Assembly (NCBI GenBank): GCA_951406725.2 | Contig: OX597815.1 | Location: forward strand, 41,912,001 to 41,976,000 | Direction: 5' to 3' | DNA from: Octopus vulgaris | Lineage: Eukaryota | DNA length: 64,000 nt | Shown here: positions 40,101 through 52,358 of the stretch, piece after piece | Numbering within the stretch: the stretch's first letter is position 1 | How the letters are laid out: every line of letters begins with the position of its first letter | Notes under the pieces: model-generated | Database searches by the model: none | Told to the model about the DNA's origin: nothing | Seen by the model: only the letters and a program-made list of their open reading frames with translations | Translations under genes and position numbers: made by a program

Positions 40101-43100
40101 TGACCTGGGAAGACATGGAATAATGTTGAGATGTCAGAGCTCATGATATTGGTCTACAAAGATGAAAGTGAAGATTTGTTGTATGTCAAACCCATCATAT
40201 CTATATCAGAATAGAAAAACACACCAACATCAAAATAAAAATCAAATGGAAATTGTAGTTAAGATACCCGTGCTGGTGACATGTAAAAAGCACCATCTGA
40301 AAGAGGCAGATGCCAGCACCGCCTGACTGGTGTCCGTGTCGGTGACACGTAAAACCACCAACCGATTGTGGCCTCCCCTGTGCCGGTGGCACGTAAAAAG
40401 CACCCACTACACTCATGAAGTGGTTGGTGTTAGGAAGGGCATGCAGCTGTAGAAACACTGCCAGATCAGACTGAAGCCTGGTGCAGCCTCCTGGCCTCCC
40501 AGACCCCGGTTGAACCATCCAATCCATGCTAGCATGGAAAACGGACGATGATGATGATTGAGAATAAAGAAGTGGGTTACACTTACCTAGGTACACCAAC
40601 ACAAAGTGTGTGAGTGATATTTTGATGTTCAAAAGTGGTTTTAAGCAAATCAAGAGTTCTTCTAGAAAAATGGTATTGCTGAAATTTATTAAACAAAACA
40701 CAAAAAATAGAAATTAGAAAATAATTTACCAAATTATTTATTCTGCAGATGTTTTTTCAACAACTTATTTGGAGTTTGCTAAAAGAAGTTATATAAAGTA
40801 TATAACAAAGCATATATAATGAAGGTTTTAATTTTCATATAAATATTATTTTTAAAAATATGACTGTTGTTATTGTTATTACTATTATTTAGGGTGGTGA
40901 GCTGGCAGAAATGTTAGCATGCTGAACAAAATGCTTAGCAATATTTTGCCTGTTGTTACTTTCTGAATTCAAATTCTGCCAAGGTAGACTTTGCCTTTCA
41001 TCCTTTCGGGGTTGATGAAATAAGTACCAGTGGAGCACTGGAGTCAATGTAATCGACTAGTCCCCTGCCCCAAAATTACTACCCTTGTGACAAAATTTGA
41101 AACCATTATTATCATTATAATTATTATTATTATTATTGGTTTTAAATTTTGGCACAAGGCCAGCAACTTCAAAGGAGGGATTAAGTTGATTACATTGACC
41201 CTAGTACTTAGCTGGTACTCTTTTTATTGACTATGAAAGTCAATCTCAGCAAGATTTGAACTCAGAACATAAGGACGGACGAAATGCTGCTAAGCATTTT
41301 GCCTGGCATTCAAACGATTCTGTGAGCTTGCAGCCTTTATTATCATCATCATTTAATGTCTGTTGTCCATGCTGGCATGGGTTGGACAGTTTGACCAGGG
41401 CTGGTAAGCTGAGGGGCTACACCAGACTCCAGTTTTATTTGGCATGGTTTCTACAGCAGGATGCCCTTCCTAATGCCAACCACTCCAAGAATGTAATGGG
41501 TGCTTTTACGTGCCACTGGCAAGGGTGCCATTTGCATGACACCAGTATCTGTCACGACTTTGATTTCACTTGGCTTGATGGGTCTTCTTCTCAAGCACAG
41601 CATAATGCCAAAGGTTTTGGTCATTGCCTCTGTGAATCATTAGCAGATTTGTTAGCTCGCAGAATCGTTAGCATGCTGGACTAAAAGTTTAGCAGTATGT
41701 CTTTCAAATGCCACCATTATCCAGTCTTCCCTGAAAACCTGTCTGGTCAGGGAGAAATATCTTACTGTGAAACTGGCCATAGAAAATCTGCCTCAACAAA
41801 TACCATCTGATCCATGTAAGCATGGAAAAGTGGACTTTGCCTTTCATTTTTATGGGACCAATTAAATAAGTACCAGATGAGCAATGGGGTCAATGTAATC
41901 AACTTGTTTCCTCCCACAAAATTTCAGGCCTTGTACCTATAATAGAAGAATTATTATTATCATCAACCTGATCATCAAAGGAATTAGATAGGCAAAATTG
42001 TTAGGATGTTAGACAACATGCCTGTGTTCAAATCCTGATGAGGTCAACTTTGATTTTCATCCTTTCACAATTAATAAAATTGCTGGCAGAATCGTAAGCA
42101 TGCTGGACGAAATTCTTAGTGGTATTTCATCTGCCGCTACATCCTGAGTTCAAATTCCGCCAAGGCTGACTTAGCCTTTCATCCTTTTGGGATCAATTAA
42201 ATAAGTACCAGTTACACACTGGGGTTGATGTAATCGACTTAATCCCTTTGTCCTTGTTTGTCCTCTCTATGTTTAGCCCCTTGTGGGCAATAAAGAAATT
42301 TAAAAAATTAAGTACCAGACAAGTACTAGCATTGATTTAATTGACTAAACACTCTCACCAAATTTGGAGCTTTGTGCCTATGTTAAAAATGATAAGAGTG
42401 ATAGATTGATAGAATCAGTACAGCATCAGAAAAATGCCTCGGGGTATTTGTTCTGGCTTTTAACATTCTGAATTTAAATTCTGTAAAGGTCAGCTTTGCT
42501 TTCAGTTTAATTGACCAACCCATCTCAAAACTGCTGGTTTTACGCCTAAACAATTATCATTACTATTATTATTGTTAGGGCAATGGATTGACAGAATCAA
42601 TACACCTTATGGTATTTCGTTATGACACTTTTACACTGTCCCATTAAGGACAACTATAGGATTTTTTTGGTTTGAATGGCAGTTTTTTCTAGCGGTGTCA
42701 TATGAAATTGTCACCCATAATTATCACCCTAGTATCGATCTATTGCATTTCAATGTTTTAGGGTTTAGGGTTAGGGGTGGGGGGAAGGGTATTTTTTTTC
42801 TTCACAAATGTAAATAAACCCAATCTGTTTCTTAAACAAGGAACATATTCATACAGCACAGAATGTTTTTTAACTCAATGGACGGCATTGATTGGTTGAA
42901 ATTGCAGAAATTGAAGAAAAAAAACAGCAAATATCTTTATAGAATTTTCTCTCAAGAGAAAAAGATGTTTTATAAACACAGTCTACCAGTATATGAAGTT
43001 TAAGATTTTTTAGTTACCTAGAAATTATGTTAAAAACTGCCGTTCAAACCAAAAAGATCCCAATTATATGGCGATGGTGGTGGTGATGATGACGATGATT

Positions 43101-45798
43101 TATACTCACCGCATACACTTTGTTACTTTGATAAGGAGGAAATAACTGTGTTGGGTTGGACAACATCTTGTCAGTGATATTCTTTTTAAGTTTGTGAGAA
43201 TTCTGTTGATGTTGCTTTATCTCGGTAGGAAGGAGCAAGAGTTGACAATCGATACAATAACATCTTGATTCCACTGGGCTCTCACAAAATCTTTGCAATC
43301 TTCAATTAGAAGAAGCATTAAAATAAAAATACAGAACCAAACTTTAAAAAAAAAAAAAATTGATGTATAGTGATCCAAGGAATATTGATCCACCTGTAAA
43401 ATGAAACAATATTTTCTTGAAAAAATACATACCACTGACAGTAACTAACAAGTTAAAGTACAGCCTTAAAAACAATTTCCCTGAACTGTAAATTATCAGT
43501 TTCCAACTATATTTGCAGAGACAGTGGAGTGTCTAATATAAAATAGTTATCTGGATTCATGAGGGCTGCAGGAAATTAGTTTGTATTATTTGACTTTATG
43601 CTATTAAACCTTTGAATAGGATTTTATTTCTGCTAAATCCTGTTGTGAAAACCATGCAGTTCTAGCTCCCATTATGTCAAGCCAAAGGCTTTCTGCAGTT
43701 CCCTCATAAGACAAGTACTCTTTCAAATTTGCAACACATGAGGCCATCACACAAGTGAAAAGCACCCACTACACTCACGGAGTGGTTGGCGTTAGGAAGG
43801 GATCTGACTGGGCCTGATGCAGCCTTCTGGCTTCACAGACCCCAGTTGAACCGTCCAACCCATGCTAGCATGGAAAGCGGATGCTAAATGATGATGATTT
43901 CTCCGTGCTGTTGGCACGTAAAAAGCACCATTTGAGCATGATCGTTACCTGTGTTGCCTTACTGGCACTTGTGAACAAAACATTTGAGCGAGGTTGTTGC
44001 CAGTGCCGCTGGACTGACTCCTGTGCAGGTGGCACATGAAAAACACCATTTGAGCGTGGCCGTTGCCAGTACCGCCAGACTGGCCATCGTGCCGGTGGCA
44101 CGTAAAAGCAGCCACTACATTCTCGGAGTGGTTGGCGTTAGGGAGGGCATCCAACTGTAGAAACACTGCCAGATCAGATTGGAGCCTAGTGCATGTGTAT
44201 GATGAAAGGAAGGCTCTAGAAATATACATAAAAATGCTTGACTATGTAGGTTAAGTTAGACAGAAACTAAGAACAAAACGTCTTATTACTTTGGCATTGC
44301 ATGATTGTTGTAAACAAATATCAACATCATGCAAGCATTATCCAGTCTTCCCTGAAAACCTGTTTGGTCGGGGGGATATATCTCACTGTGAAACTGGCCA
44401 TAGAAAATCTACCTCAACAAACACCATCTGATCCATGCAAGCATGGAAAAGTGGATGTTAAAACAATGATGATGATGATATATTACCTTTGTTGATAGTT
44501 TTCATGTGTAAATGGTGGCTGTTGACTTTTATTGAATTCTTCTCTTCTTTTCAATTTTGCTTCAGAGATTTTTTCATCTTCTAACTGATAAAAGTTACAA
44601 TCTTTGCGATCTCTACAAGCTGAACATGCATAAAACCTCTTGCTTGATTTACCACCAGAGATGTAACGTACAAACAGTAATGTTGGCCCTACAAAGAGAC
44701 ATCGAAAGAATATCTTCCAAATATGTCATGAAAAACTAAAATTAAATCTAAAAAACGATATGTGCTGAGAAGGGAGGGCAATGAAGAATAAAGCAGCTTT
44801 TTACAGAAATTTTTAAAACACAGGTGCAGCCGTGGCAGTGTGTCAAGAGGCTTGCTTCCCAACCATATGGTTTCCGGTTCAGTCCCACTGCATGGCACCA
44901 TGGGCAAGTGTCTTCTACTATAGCCTTGGGTCAACCATAGTCTTGTGAGTGGATTTCGTAGATGGAAACTGAGAGAAGCCAGTTGTATGTGTGTATGTGT
45001 GTGGTCTTTGTGTCTGTGTTTATTATCCCACCATTGCTTGACAACCAATGTTGGTGTATTTACATCCCCATAACTTAGCAGTTCAGCAAAGGAGACTGAT
45101 AGAATAAGTACTAAGCTTACAAAGAATAAGTCCTGAGGTTAATTTCTTTGACTAAAAATCCCTTTAAGATGGAGCACAGTCAAATGACTGAAACAGGTAA
45201 AAGAGTATACATATATTACTATATACAAGAGGGTGGTGAAAAGTTCCTGGCTTTAAGGGTATTGCAGAAGGCCTGGTTGGATGCCCAACCATCCGAGTTC
45301 TTTTTACAGGGCTTAGAAAAACTGAAAGACCAATGCAATAAGCATGTGAATCTGAGAGGAGAATATGTTGGACAAAATCATAATTAACTGATCCTCCTGT
45401 ATTTTTTTACCTAAAGCCAGGAACTTTTCAGCACCCCTCGTATTCCAGTGTATAAGACGTGCTTATTTTATTCTTAAATTTAACAAAAAACTGCCATGTA
45501 TCTAAAATGGCTGTCACAGACAGGATGCAGAATGTATGATGAAGCATATTAAATTTGTTTTTACCACAATAAAGCAAAGCATTGTCTCATGCAAAAGTGC
45601 ATCTTATAGCTATTTGTCATTTATCATTTTCTAAAGCCCTGTGAGAGGATTTGGTAGACGGAAACTGAAAGCCAATCAGGTCGTGTACATATTCATATAT
45701 ATATATATAGTTTTGTATCTCTGCCATAAGGCATCATTTCAACACACGCTAGCTGAATTCAATTCGTCCCCAGTCGAAAGACACCTGTTGTTATGTCC

Positions 45799-45832
<34 letters not shown>

Positions 45833-46123
45833 GTATTTTGTATTTATATTCGTGTAACATCATCTGTTTTGCCGTCCTGTTTTCATATACATTCGATGCT
45901 TTTTTCCAAGGAATCTAATTCTCTTAGCTTAGTTTTTCCTTGGGGCTGGCCAGATTGGAGCAATGTCAAGATTAATCAGCCGAAATTGCGAGGATGATCT
46001 GGTTCTTGACTGAGGATAGGAAGCTTCTAATGACCCGTCCTTGTTTTTTTGTATTGTCTATCTGGATGTTTTGTTGTCCCTTTTTGTATCACCTAGTTGT
46101 CCGGATGTTTTGCTTTCTTGTCC

Positions 46124-46179
<56 letters not shown>

Positions 46180-46969
46180 TTTCAGTTCCTTTACGGGAAA
46201 CGTTTTAGATATGCAATATAAAAGCTCCTATTCTATTATACCGGCTAGTGTGCGTATGTTCACCACCACCGCTTGACAACTGGTGTTGGCGTGTTTATGT
46301 CCCCGTAACCTAACGGTTTGGCACAAGGAACTGACAGAATAAGTACCAGACTTTTAAAAAAAAGCACTAGGGTCGATTCATTTGACTAAAAATTTAAGGC
46401 GGTGCCCCAGCATGGCTGTAGTCTGACTGAAAGAAATAAAAAATCAAAGATGAAATAGTCTTTGTGTGGGTGGGTATCTAAAAACACATTCTCATAAGTA
46501 ATTAGTTTTTATTAGGTAAGCGAAGAGACTGTATTGAGAGATAAGCATGGTGTTGTTTAGCTCGAAGTCATTTTTGGTAACAGCAAACTGTCATTCAAGT
46601 CTTTCTAGACGTCGCATCTTTTTTCCCGGCCAAGTTCATAAGAACCATATAATTTTAAAGAAGGTAGAGAGTAATCTGATAGATTGAACTGCCATTTTTA
46701 GCAGTTCGACTGACAACGTAGGGGTCCCCTCAAATAACACCTGTTTATAAGAAGGGTCCAATAAGACCAGATGAGCGTATTTCTAGTTAAAAGAAAACAT
46801 CGGATCTACTAGTGAATGACCATAATTTATGGAATAAAATCTTAACGTAGTTATAAGAAAACAAGTCAGAGTTTACTGAGTCAAGAATGGTCTCACCATG
46901 CGCGCAGTGTGGTGCGTTAGCAGCATTAGAGTCCAATATTACATCGTTATTATTTACATTCGCTGCCAT
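27596..46969 (-). CDS. ZCCHC4: rRNA N6-adenosine methyltransferase ZCCHC4 orthologue, 12 coding exons, 470 aa: join(46897-46969, 44487-44688, 43110-43299, 40587-40678, 38252-38324, 36290-36509, 34927-35027, 34682-34800, 33212-33287, 32733-32856, 31377-31455, 27596-27659)
   Basis: Manual splicing gives one open frame of 1413 nt with GT-AG introns. It carries the ZCCHC4 hallmarks: GRF-type finger (PHCAHGPTLLF...[16 protein letters not shown]), LCVG.P, SLLLD.D.RY, YNMFN, catalytic DPPF, PYF.E, MLDY, VRIFTNI, Cys-rich DHHC-like block ([16 protein letters not shown]...[11 protein letters not shown]), CCHC knuckle [15 protein letters not shown] and a basic tail. Recognised from memory of the vertebrate protein. 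Confidence 0.95.
31377..31455 (-). CDS. ZCCHC4: ZCCHC4 exon 11, CCHC zinc knuckle ([25 protein letters not shown])
   Basis: C-x2-C-x4-H-x4-C; acceptor TTTAAG, donor AG|GTAATT. Confidence 0.93.
32733..32856 (-). CDS. ZCCHC4: ZCCHC4 exon 10 ([41 protein letters not shown])
   Basis: Acceptor TTTTAG, donor T|GTAAGT; HC..C..CVKP...HC..C..C. Confidence 0.95.
33212..33287 (-). CDS. ZCCHC4: ZCCHC4 exon 9 ([25 protein letters not shown])
   Basis: Acceptor TAATAG, donor AAG|GTAAAT; EN.HC..C.SCTSK. Confidence 0.95.
34682..34800 (-). CDS. ZCCHC4: ZCCHC4 exon 8 (ISYTNHRQF...[24 protein letters not shown])
   Basis: Acceptor AAACAG, donor TG|GTATGT; VRIFTNI and LP..EGY. Confidence 0.95.
34927..35027 (-). 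CDS. ZCCHC4: ZCCHC4 exon 7 ([33 protein letters not shown])
   Basis: Acceptor CCTTTAG, donor AAG|GTAAAG; PYF.E and MLDY. Confidence 0.95.
35685..36094. mobile_element. MITE-like element with inverted arms of about 80 bp; related partial copy about 24978-25340
   Basis: Arm 35685-35767 is the reverse complement of 36008-36094; body shared with the 25 kb copy. Confidence 0.75.
36290..36509 (-). CDS. ZCCHC4: ZCCHC4 exon 6, catalytic ([20 protein letters not shown]...[10 protein letters not shown]...QSLSK)
   Basis: Strong pyrimidine-tract acceptor; DPPF motif. The 3' boundary is inferred from the phase-1 requirement (donor A|GTACTG is weak). Confidence 0.88.
36712..36945 (+). mobile_element. R4/Dong-like non-LTR retrotransposon fragment (post-RT region) in ZCCHC4 intron 5
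   Basis: [13 protein letters not shown]...AVPVL..TFG...W...EI..I..KTRKIL....[20 protein letters not shown], the usual pattern before GGRG in R4-type elements. Confidence 0.75.
38252..38324 (-). CDS. ZCCHC4: ZCCHC4 exon 5 ([24 protein letters not shown])
   Basis: Acceptor TCACAG, donor TAT|GTAAGT; LHE and SLLLD.D.RY. Confidence 0.95.
40587..40678 (-). CDS. ZCCHC4: ZCCHC4 exon 4 ([30 protein letters not shown])
   Basis: Acceptor TTTCAG, donor AG|GTAAGT; QY.F and LCVG.P (SAM-binding region). Confidence 0.95.
42658..43061. mobile_element. MITE of about 400 bp with 29-bp TIRs, ending about 50 bp from the ZCCHC4 exon 3 donor
   Basis: GGATTTTTTTGGTTTGAATGGCAGTTTTT versus AAAAACTGCCGTTCAAACCAAAAAGATCC. 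Confidence 0.85.
43110..43299 (-). CDS. ZCCHC4: ZCCHC4 exon 3 ([24 protein letters not shown]...NKVYA)
   Basis: Acceptor TTGAAG, donor GCG|GTGAGT; CxxC..LLLP motif. Confidence 0.92.
44487..44688 (-). CDS. ZCCHC4: ZCCHC4 exon 2 ([40 protein letters not shown]...[12 protein letters not shown])
   Basis: Acceptor TTTGTAG, donor AG|GTAATA; GRF zinc-finger motif; absent from the ORF track. Confidence 0.95.
45224..45442 (+). mobile_element. Internally deleted mariner (MITE) keeping the transposase C-terminus
   Basis: TIRs ...GAAAAGTTCCTGGCTTTA / TAAAGCCAGGAACTTTTCAGCACCCCTCG-TA; peptide [24 protein letters not shown] matches the mariner C-terminal pattern. Confidence 0.88.
46897..46969 (-). CDS. 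ZCCHC4: ZCCHC4 coding exon 1 ([25 protein letters not shown])
   Basis: ATG at 46969; donor G|GTGAGA, phase 1; AP.C.HG motif. Confidence 0.9.
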
Positions 46970-49119
46970 CTTATCTTGCCATGTGCGTCGATGTGAAATA
47001 GTGGTTGTATTTGCCTGCAGAGTAGAGCAGCCAGGTCTTCAAGTGAATACATATTTAATCCTTCAAAGAATAAATGCAAAATTAAAATGTTGGTAGCAAA
47101 AATATATATATATATTGCATGTTTTATCTGCTTCTTTTTTCAATCATTGGACTACGGTCACGCTTGGGTACTACTTTGAATGATTTAGTCGGCCAAACTG
47201 ACCCCAGTATTTTTTGTCTCTTTTTTCAGCCTCGTACTTACTCCTTGCTGTTACGGGGACATAAACAAACCAGTACAAGTTATTAAGCGATGATAGGGAC
47301 AAATACTAACACAACAAGCTCCTTATAGTTTCTGTCTACCAAATCCATTCACAAGGTTGACTTGGGGTTATAGTACAAGACATTTGGCCAAGGTGCTATG
47401 CAATGCGACTGAACCCAGAACCAAGCGATCGGGAAGCAAACTTCTTAACCACACGGCCACGCCTACAGGCAGAACATTGATCGTCTTTTTATTACATCAC
47501 TTTATTTCTAAATCAATCTATTAACCAAATATTCAAGCAAATCTAAGTATGATCTGTACTTTTTCTCTGTTTAAGTCGAACCATTTTCCTCTCTTGGATT
47601 TCTTTTCACTTTCTAACGAAGTAATTCTTCCTTAGCGAAATTAGTGTCAACATATTTAATGCAGTGACCTTCAAATATCTTATTAAATTATATAATGAGG
47701 AAAATACAATTGGCTTAATGACATTATTTTAATCATTTCTGGGAACGTGGGAGATAATGATGGGCAGTTTTTTTGTATTATTAAACCTCTTCAACAAAGC
47801 AAAGACTTCATCATACTTGCTAAAACAATGATGGGATCTTTACCTTTTGACTTACAGATTTAAAAAATAAATTTTTGTAACTAAACACTTTCAAACTTCG
47901 GACACTGGTAGAATGTGTCATATAAAACATCTTTTACTCTTAGCATTTTGGAGAAAAACTTATATTTACAAAGCTATTTAAAGCCCAAGCTTTAGGCTTC
48001 TCTGAGTTAAAGGGGTCTCCAATGTTTGGAAACCCCTATCCAATGCTTATATTGGCCCATACATAAATCTGCTCTGCAGAGACATAATCTCCTATGATAA
48101 AGGATAGTTAAGTCAGTGTTAACTATTTAATGCAATGAGGAATAGAGAGCATTTTTTCTATGATTAATATGTTTTAAATAATTTTGGTTTTATTAAACAT
48201 CTTCAGCAAAGCTTAACCTTCATCACCTTCTAAATATGCTAATATTACATGCCTACACATGTACAATGTGAGTCACTCAGCATTACTTTGAGAAGTTCAG
48301 TGAAGTCTATGCTATGAGTTCTAATAATGCCAAAACATATCTGGAGTTGTCTCTTATACTTCCTGAAATGATTGTCCCTTCTGCATTTCACATGGAACTT
48401 TTGGTCTTCCGAAATCGCCTTGATGTATAAATTGACCTACCTTTTCTTGCTGTAAATTTTGGTTTGAAAAATTCAACTTGTATGCCAGAAAATACAGTAT
48501 GTTGTGTTTAAAATTAAGAGAAGAGGTCGAAGCCTGTTGCTGCAGGAATTCATAACATTATCAGAATAATATAAAACAGACAAAAAGGATATTATTTTAG
48601 GATTCTTTATTTATTTGAATCTGAATGTTGTAAATTCTCTATAATTACAATAGTTAAATATACAATAATAATAATGGTTTTGAATTTTGGCACAAGGCCA
48701 GCAATTTTGTTGGGAAGGGAAAGTCAATTACATCAACCCCTGTACTTGATCAGTACTTATTTTATCCACCCCAAAAGGATGAAATGCAAAGTCGACCATG
48801 GTGGAATTTGAACTCAGACAGTAAAGCCAGAAGAAATGCTGCTGAGCATTTTCCTGAAGTGCTAACAATTCTGCCACCTTGCTGCCTTAATGATAATAAT
48901 AATAATATTGGTTTCAAATTTTGGCACAAAGCCAGCAATTTCAGGGGAGGGGTAAATTGATTATATTGACCCCAGTGCTCAACTGGTACTTGTTTTATCA
49001 ACCATGAAAGGATGAAAGGTAAAGTCGACCTTGGTGGAATTTGAACGTTTTAATGTCAAGCTGGACGAATGCTGCTAAGCATTTTGCCAATATGCTAATG
49101 ATTCTGCCAACTTGCTGCC

Positions 49120-49161
<42 letters not shown>

Positions 49162-49537
49162 GTAATAATAATGTTGATTACATTGATCCCAGGGCTTAAC
49201 TGGTACTTATATCATCAAGCTAAAAAGGATGCAAAGCAAAGTCAACCCTGACAGAATTTGAACTCAGAACATAAAGACGGATGAAATGCCACTAAACATT
49301 TCTCCTGGTGGAGTAATAATAATAATAATAATGAATACATCAACAAGTTTGAAACTTCTCATAGTGTTAAATGTCTCATCGAGATTGTCCCATAGGATAA
49401 ATAGCAACAACAAAATATATAAAGTAAAAGCAAAAGAATAAATAAATAAATAGATAAATAAAAACATTTTCATAATACTTTTTCAAATCAAACTTTTGTT
49501 TCAAATAATCATTTTTAATTCTGAAATTATAAATAAT

Positions 49538-49767
49538 TTAACCCTTTTGTTACTGTATTTATTTTGAGATGCTCTGTGTTTCTTTCAATTAATTTTAAAT
49601 ATAACAAAGAATTTAGTAAAATAACTTAGTTATCATTAAGCTAGTGTTAGGAACATAAATTGTGACTAAGGTTTGGTGGAAGATTTTAATTCAAAGCTTT
49701 TGAAAACAAGACAATTGTACTACAGAGCCAGAGGCAGTTTCAACCGGGTTGGTAACGAAAGGGTTAA
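49538..49767. mobile_element. Second TTAA-flanked MITE family; decayed copy about 50678-50862
   Basis: TTAACCCTTTTGTTAC ... GTAACGAAAGGGTTAA. Confidence 0.85.
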
Positions 49768-50021
49768 TCAATTAAATATTAACATTTGATATTCTCTTTC
49801 TCTCTCTCTCTTTTACTTGTTTCAGTCATTTGACTGCGGCCATGCTAGAGCACCGCCTTTAGTCGAGCAAATCGACCCCGGGACTTATTCTTTGTAAGCC
49901 CAGTACTTATTCTATCGGTCTCTTTTGCCAAACCGCTAAGTAACGGGGACGTAAACACACCAGCATCGGTTGTCAAGCAATGCTAGGGGGACAAACACAG
50001 ACACACAAACACATATATATA

Positions 50022-50395
50022 CACTACCGTCAGAAATTAATTAGCACCCTTGATTTGCTCTTCACTCAAGGTATGTGCTGTCACCTAGTGGCCATATCTC
50101 GAACTATTGCTTTGTTGCGAGTTCACTGTTGCGCAGAACGATGACGTAACTTTGTTTGCAGAGCAGTTTGAGAGTCTACAGCCTTATGATGTTGACATAG
50201 CAGTGCAACAACTTGGAGTGCAGATGCAGACTCTTCCTTTGTTTAATAGATATAGGTAGCGCCTCGCAAGGACCGAAATCACACCATACTAAGTTTTCTC
50301 ATCGCGTAAGACGTTTTGAACAGCTCATAGGTTAATTGATTTAACCTATTTAATGTAGAAATTTGAGAAGTGCTAATTAATTTCTGACGCAAGTG
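50022..50395. mobile_element. Tc1/mariner-type MITE with 26-bp TIRs and TA TSD, inserted in the microsatellite of a family A SINE
   Basis: TA-CACTACCGTCAGAAATTAATTAGCAC ... GTGCTAATTAATTTCTGACGCAAGTG-TA. Confidence 0.9.
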
Positions 50396-50939
50396 TATAC
50401 GACGGGCTTCTTTCAGTTTCCGTCTACCAAATACACTCATAAGGCTTTGGTCAGCCCGAGGCTATAGTAGAAGACACTTGCCCAATGTGCCACGCAGTGG
50501 GACTGAACCCAGAACTGTGTGGTTGGTAAGCAAGCTACTTACCACACAGCCACTCCTACGCCTATCAGTAGATTTTTTTTAAAAAATTGTTCCCAAATAT
50601 CTTTAAACATATATTTCTGAAGCTAAAATAATTATACAATCAAACTTATGGCAGAAATAATTTATATATTTAAATCATTAACTTTTATTACCATATTTCT
50701 GTTGAAATACACTGCCTTTGTTTTAATTAATTTTTGAAATAATAAAGTATTTAGTAAAATAAATTTGTCATTATTAAGTTGGTATTTGGAACATGATGAA
50801 ACAAGAAGCTTGTATCATAGAACCAGAGGTGGTATGAAGCAGGTTGGTATCAAAAGAGTTAAACAGCAACAGTAATGTCACAAAAGGGCAATAAAAAAGG
50901 AAGATTAAATTATTTAGCTTTATTTTAGTTCATACATAC

Positions 50940-51200
50940 TGAGTATTGAATGGCAACAGAGGGTGACCAATAAAGACCTTCCCCTGATATCAAAGGTGGT
51001 CATCTTGCTGGGCACTGCTACCAAGCCAAGAATAAATGCATCAGAGATGTGTTACTCTGAAAACCAACACATAGTCACAGGAACACAGGTTAACTGGCTA
51101 CAACATATATTGACAGACTTGTGATTAACAGGGGTGCATTAGTTCTCAAGTTGGCAATGGAGGACAGGGATTATTGGAGGAATGTCTGTGCAGATTGAGG
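50940..51200 (+). mobile_element. RTE-group LINE 3' end, decayed; further decayed RTE pieces about 53510-53680, 60860-61620, 63040-63290
   Basis: LAGHCY...DVLL*KP...TTYID.L...AMEDRDYWR; ETW...EKKIEAFEM at about 53515. Confidence 0.7.
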
Positions 51201-51912
51201 AAACTCAATCTAAGAGAGTTCATAATCAATTGCCTATGAAATAATGGTAATAATGTATTGTAGGGGAGAGAGAAAGTATATTTATGGAATCTAAATACAT
51301 ACATATATACTTGTGGATTATACAATATGGATTAAGTATTTAGAGTTTTCACCCCGTTACTACTCAGAATTTCTTGTGTTGTGTGATTGATACATCATCA
51401 ATCAAAGTCATACATCATCAATCAAAGTCTGTTTCAATGCTGCCACAGGTTGGACAATATATAAGTTATTTTTCTGTAAATTATATATATATACATATAG
51501 TTATTGCCAAGTTAACTTGGCAGTCCAGAAAAATAGGACGAATGCTGCCGTTGATTAGCTCCAAGAGGCCATTGCCCCTAGCTAGCTATGTGAAACACAA
51601 ACTTGTGTCCAATATAACCTTAGAACAGGGGAAGTCATCAACTTCACCATGCTGATTCAGATATCCAGAGACTAGTTTCAGGGTATTTGGTCTTTATCAA
51701 TGTGGAGTAGTCGAACCCAGCAGGCGCCATTGTTGACTGTCTGTTCAAAGGTTTATATATATTCAGTGGAACACATCCACTGGTTTTCAAAAATAGAAAT
51801 ATTATTATTTCTAAATTTCTCTAAAGGAGACTACGGCAGCAGGACTGGGTATTAATAGTTATCGCCAAGTTAACATGCCAGTCCATCTCTAGAGAGAATT
51901 AGAAATAATAAT

Positions 51913-51943
<31 letters not shown>

Positions 51944-52358
51944 AACAGGCAAACAACTGGTATCTGTTTAGATTATGAAATTTATATATTTAAGCATGAG
52001 AACTGAGTTGCTACATGAGAATAAACAATAAAGAAAGCATGTAGATAGTCTCTTGCAACTGTTTCAGGAACAGATTAACAGATGATGCATTTCCCTGCAA
52101 ACTGAAAGGTAACTAGTCATACAGCAGTACTAATGAGGCGAATAGATCACAGCTATATGGTGAGGTGCTGTTTGTTTGGCTGGATAATGTACCATCTGTG
52201 CAAATATTTTTGAAACAGCTGTAAGATACTAACTGCGCTCCTAACTTCCTTCATCCTTATGATCTATACTCACGTAACAAGTCAACCATAAGTACTAATT
52301 CTATGTACCTATTACTTTATTTCATGAAACTACCTGAAATATATATATATATATATAT

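Noticed and set aside
43905-44120. Repeat-spacer-like pattern (TGGCACGTAAAAAGCACC recurring about every 60 bp; also 22130-22290, 28460-28700, 39655-40000)
   Set aside because: The 'spacers' are homologous to each other; this is the internal tandem unit of SINE family C in a eukaryote, with no cas genes. Not CRISPR.
45935-46045. Hammerhead-like fragments (CTGAGGA, CCGAAA) in the dispersed repeat
   Set aside because: The core elements are not in the right order or spacing with supporting stems; would need an Infernal search.
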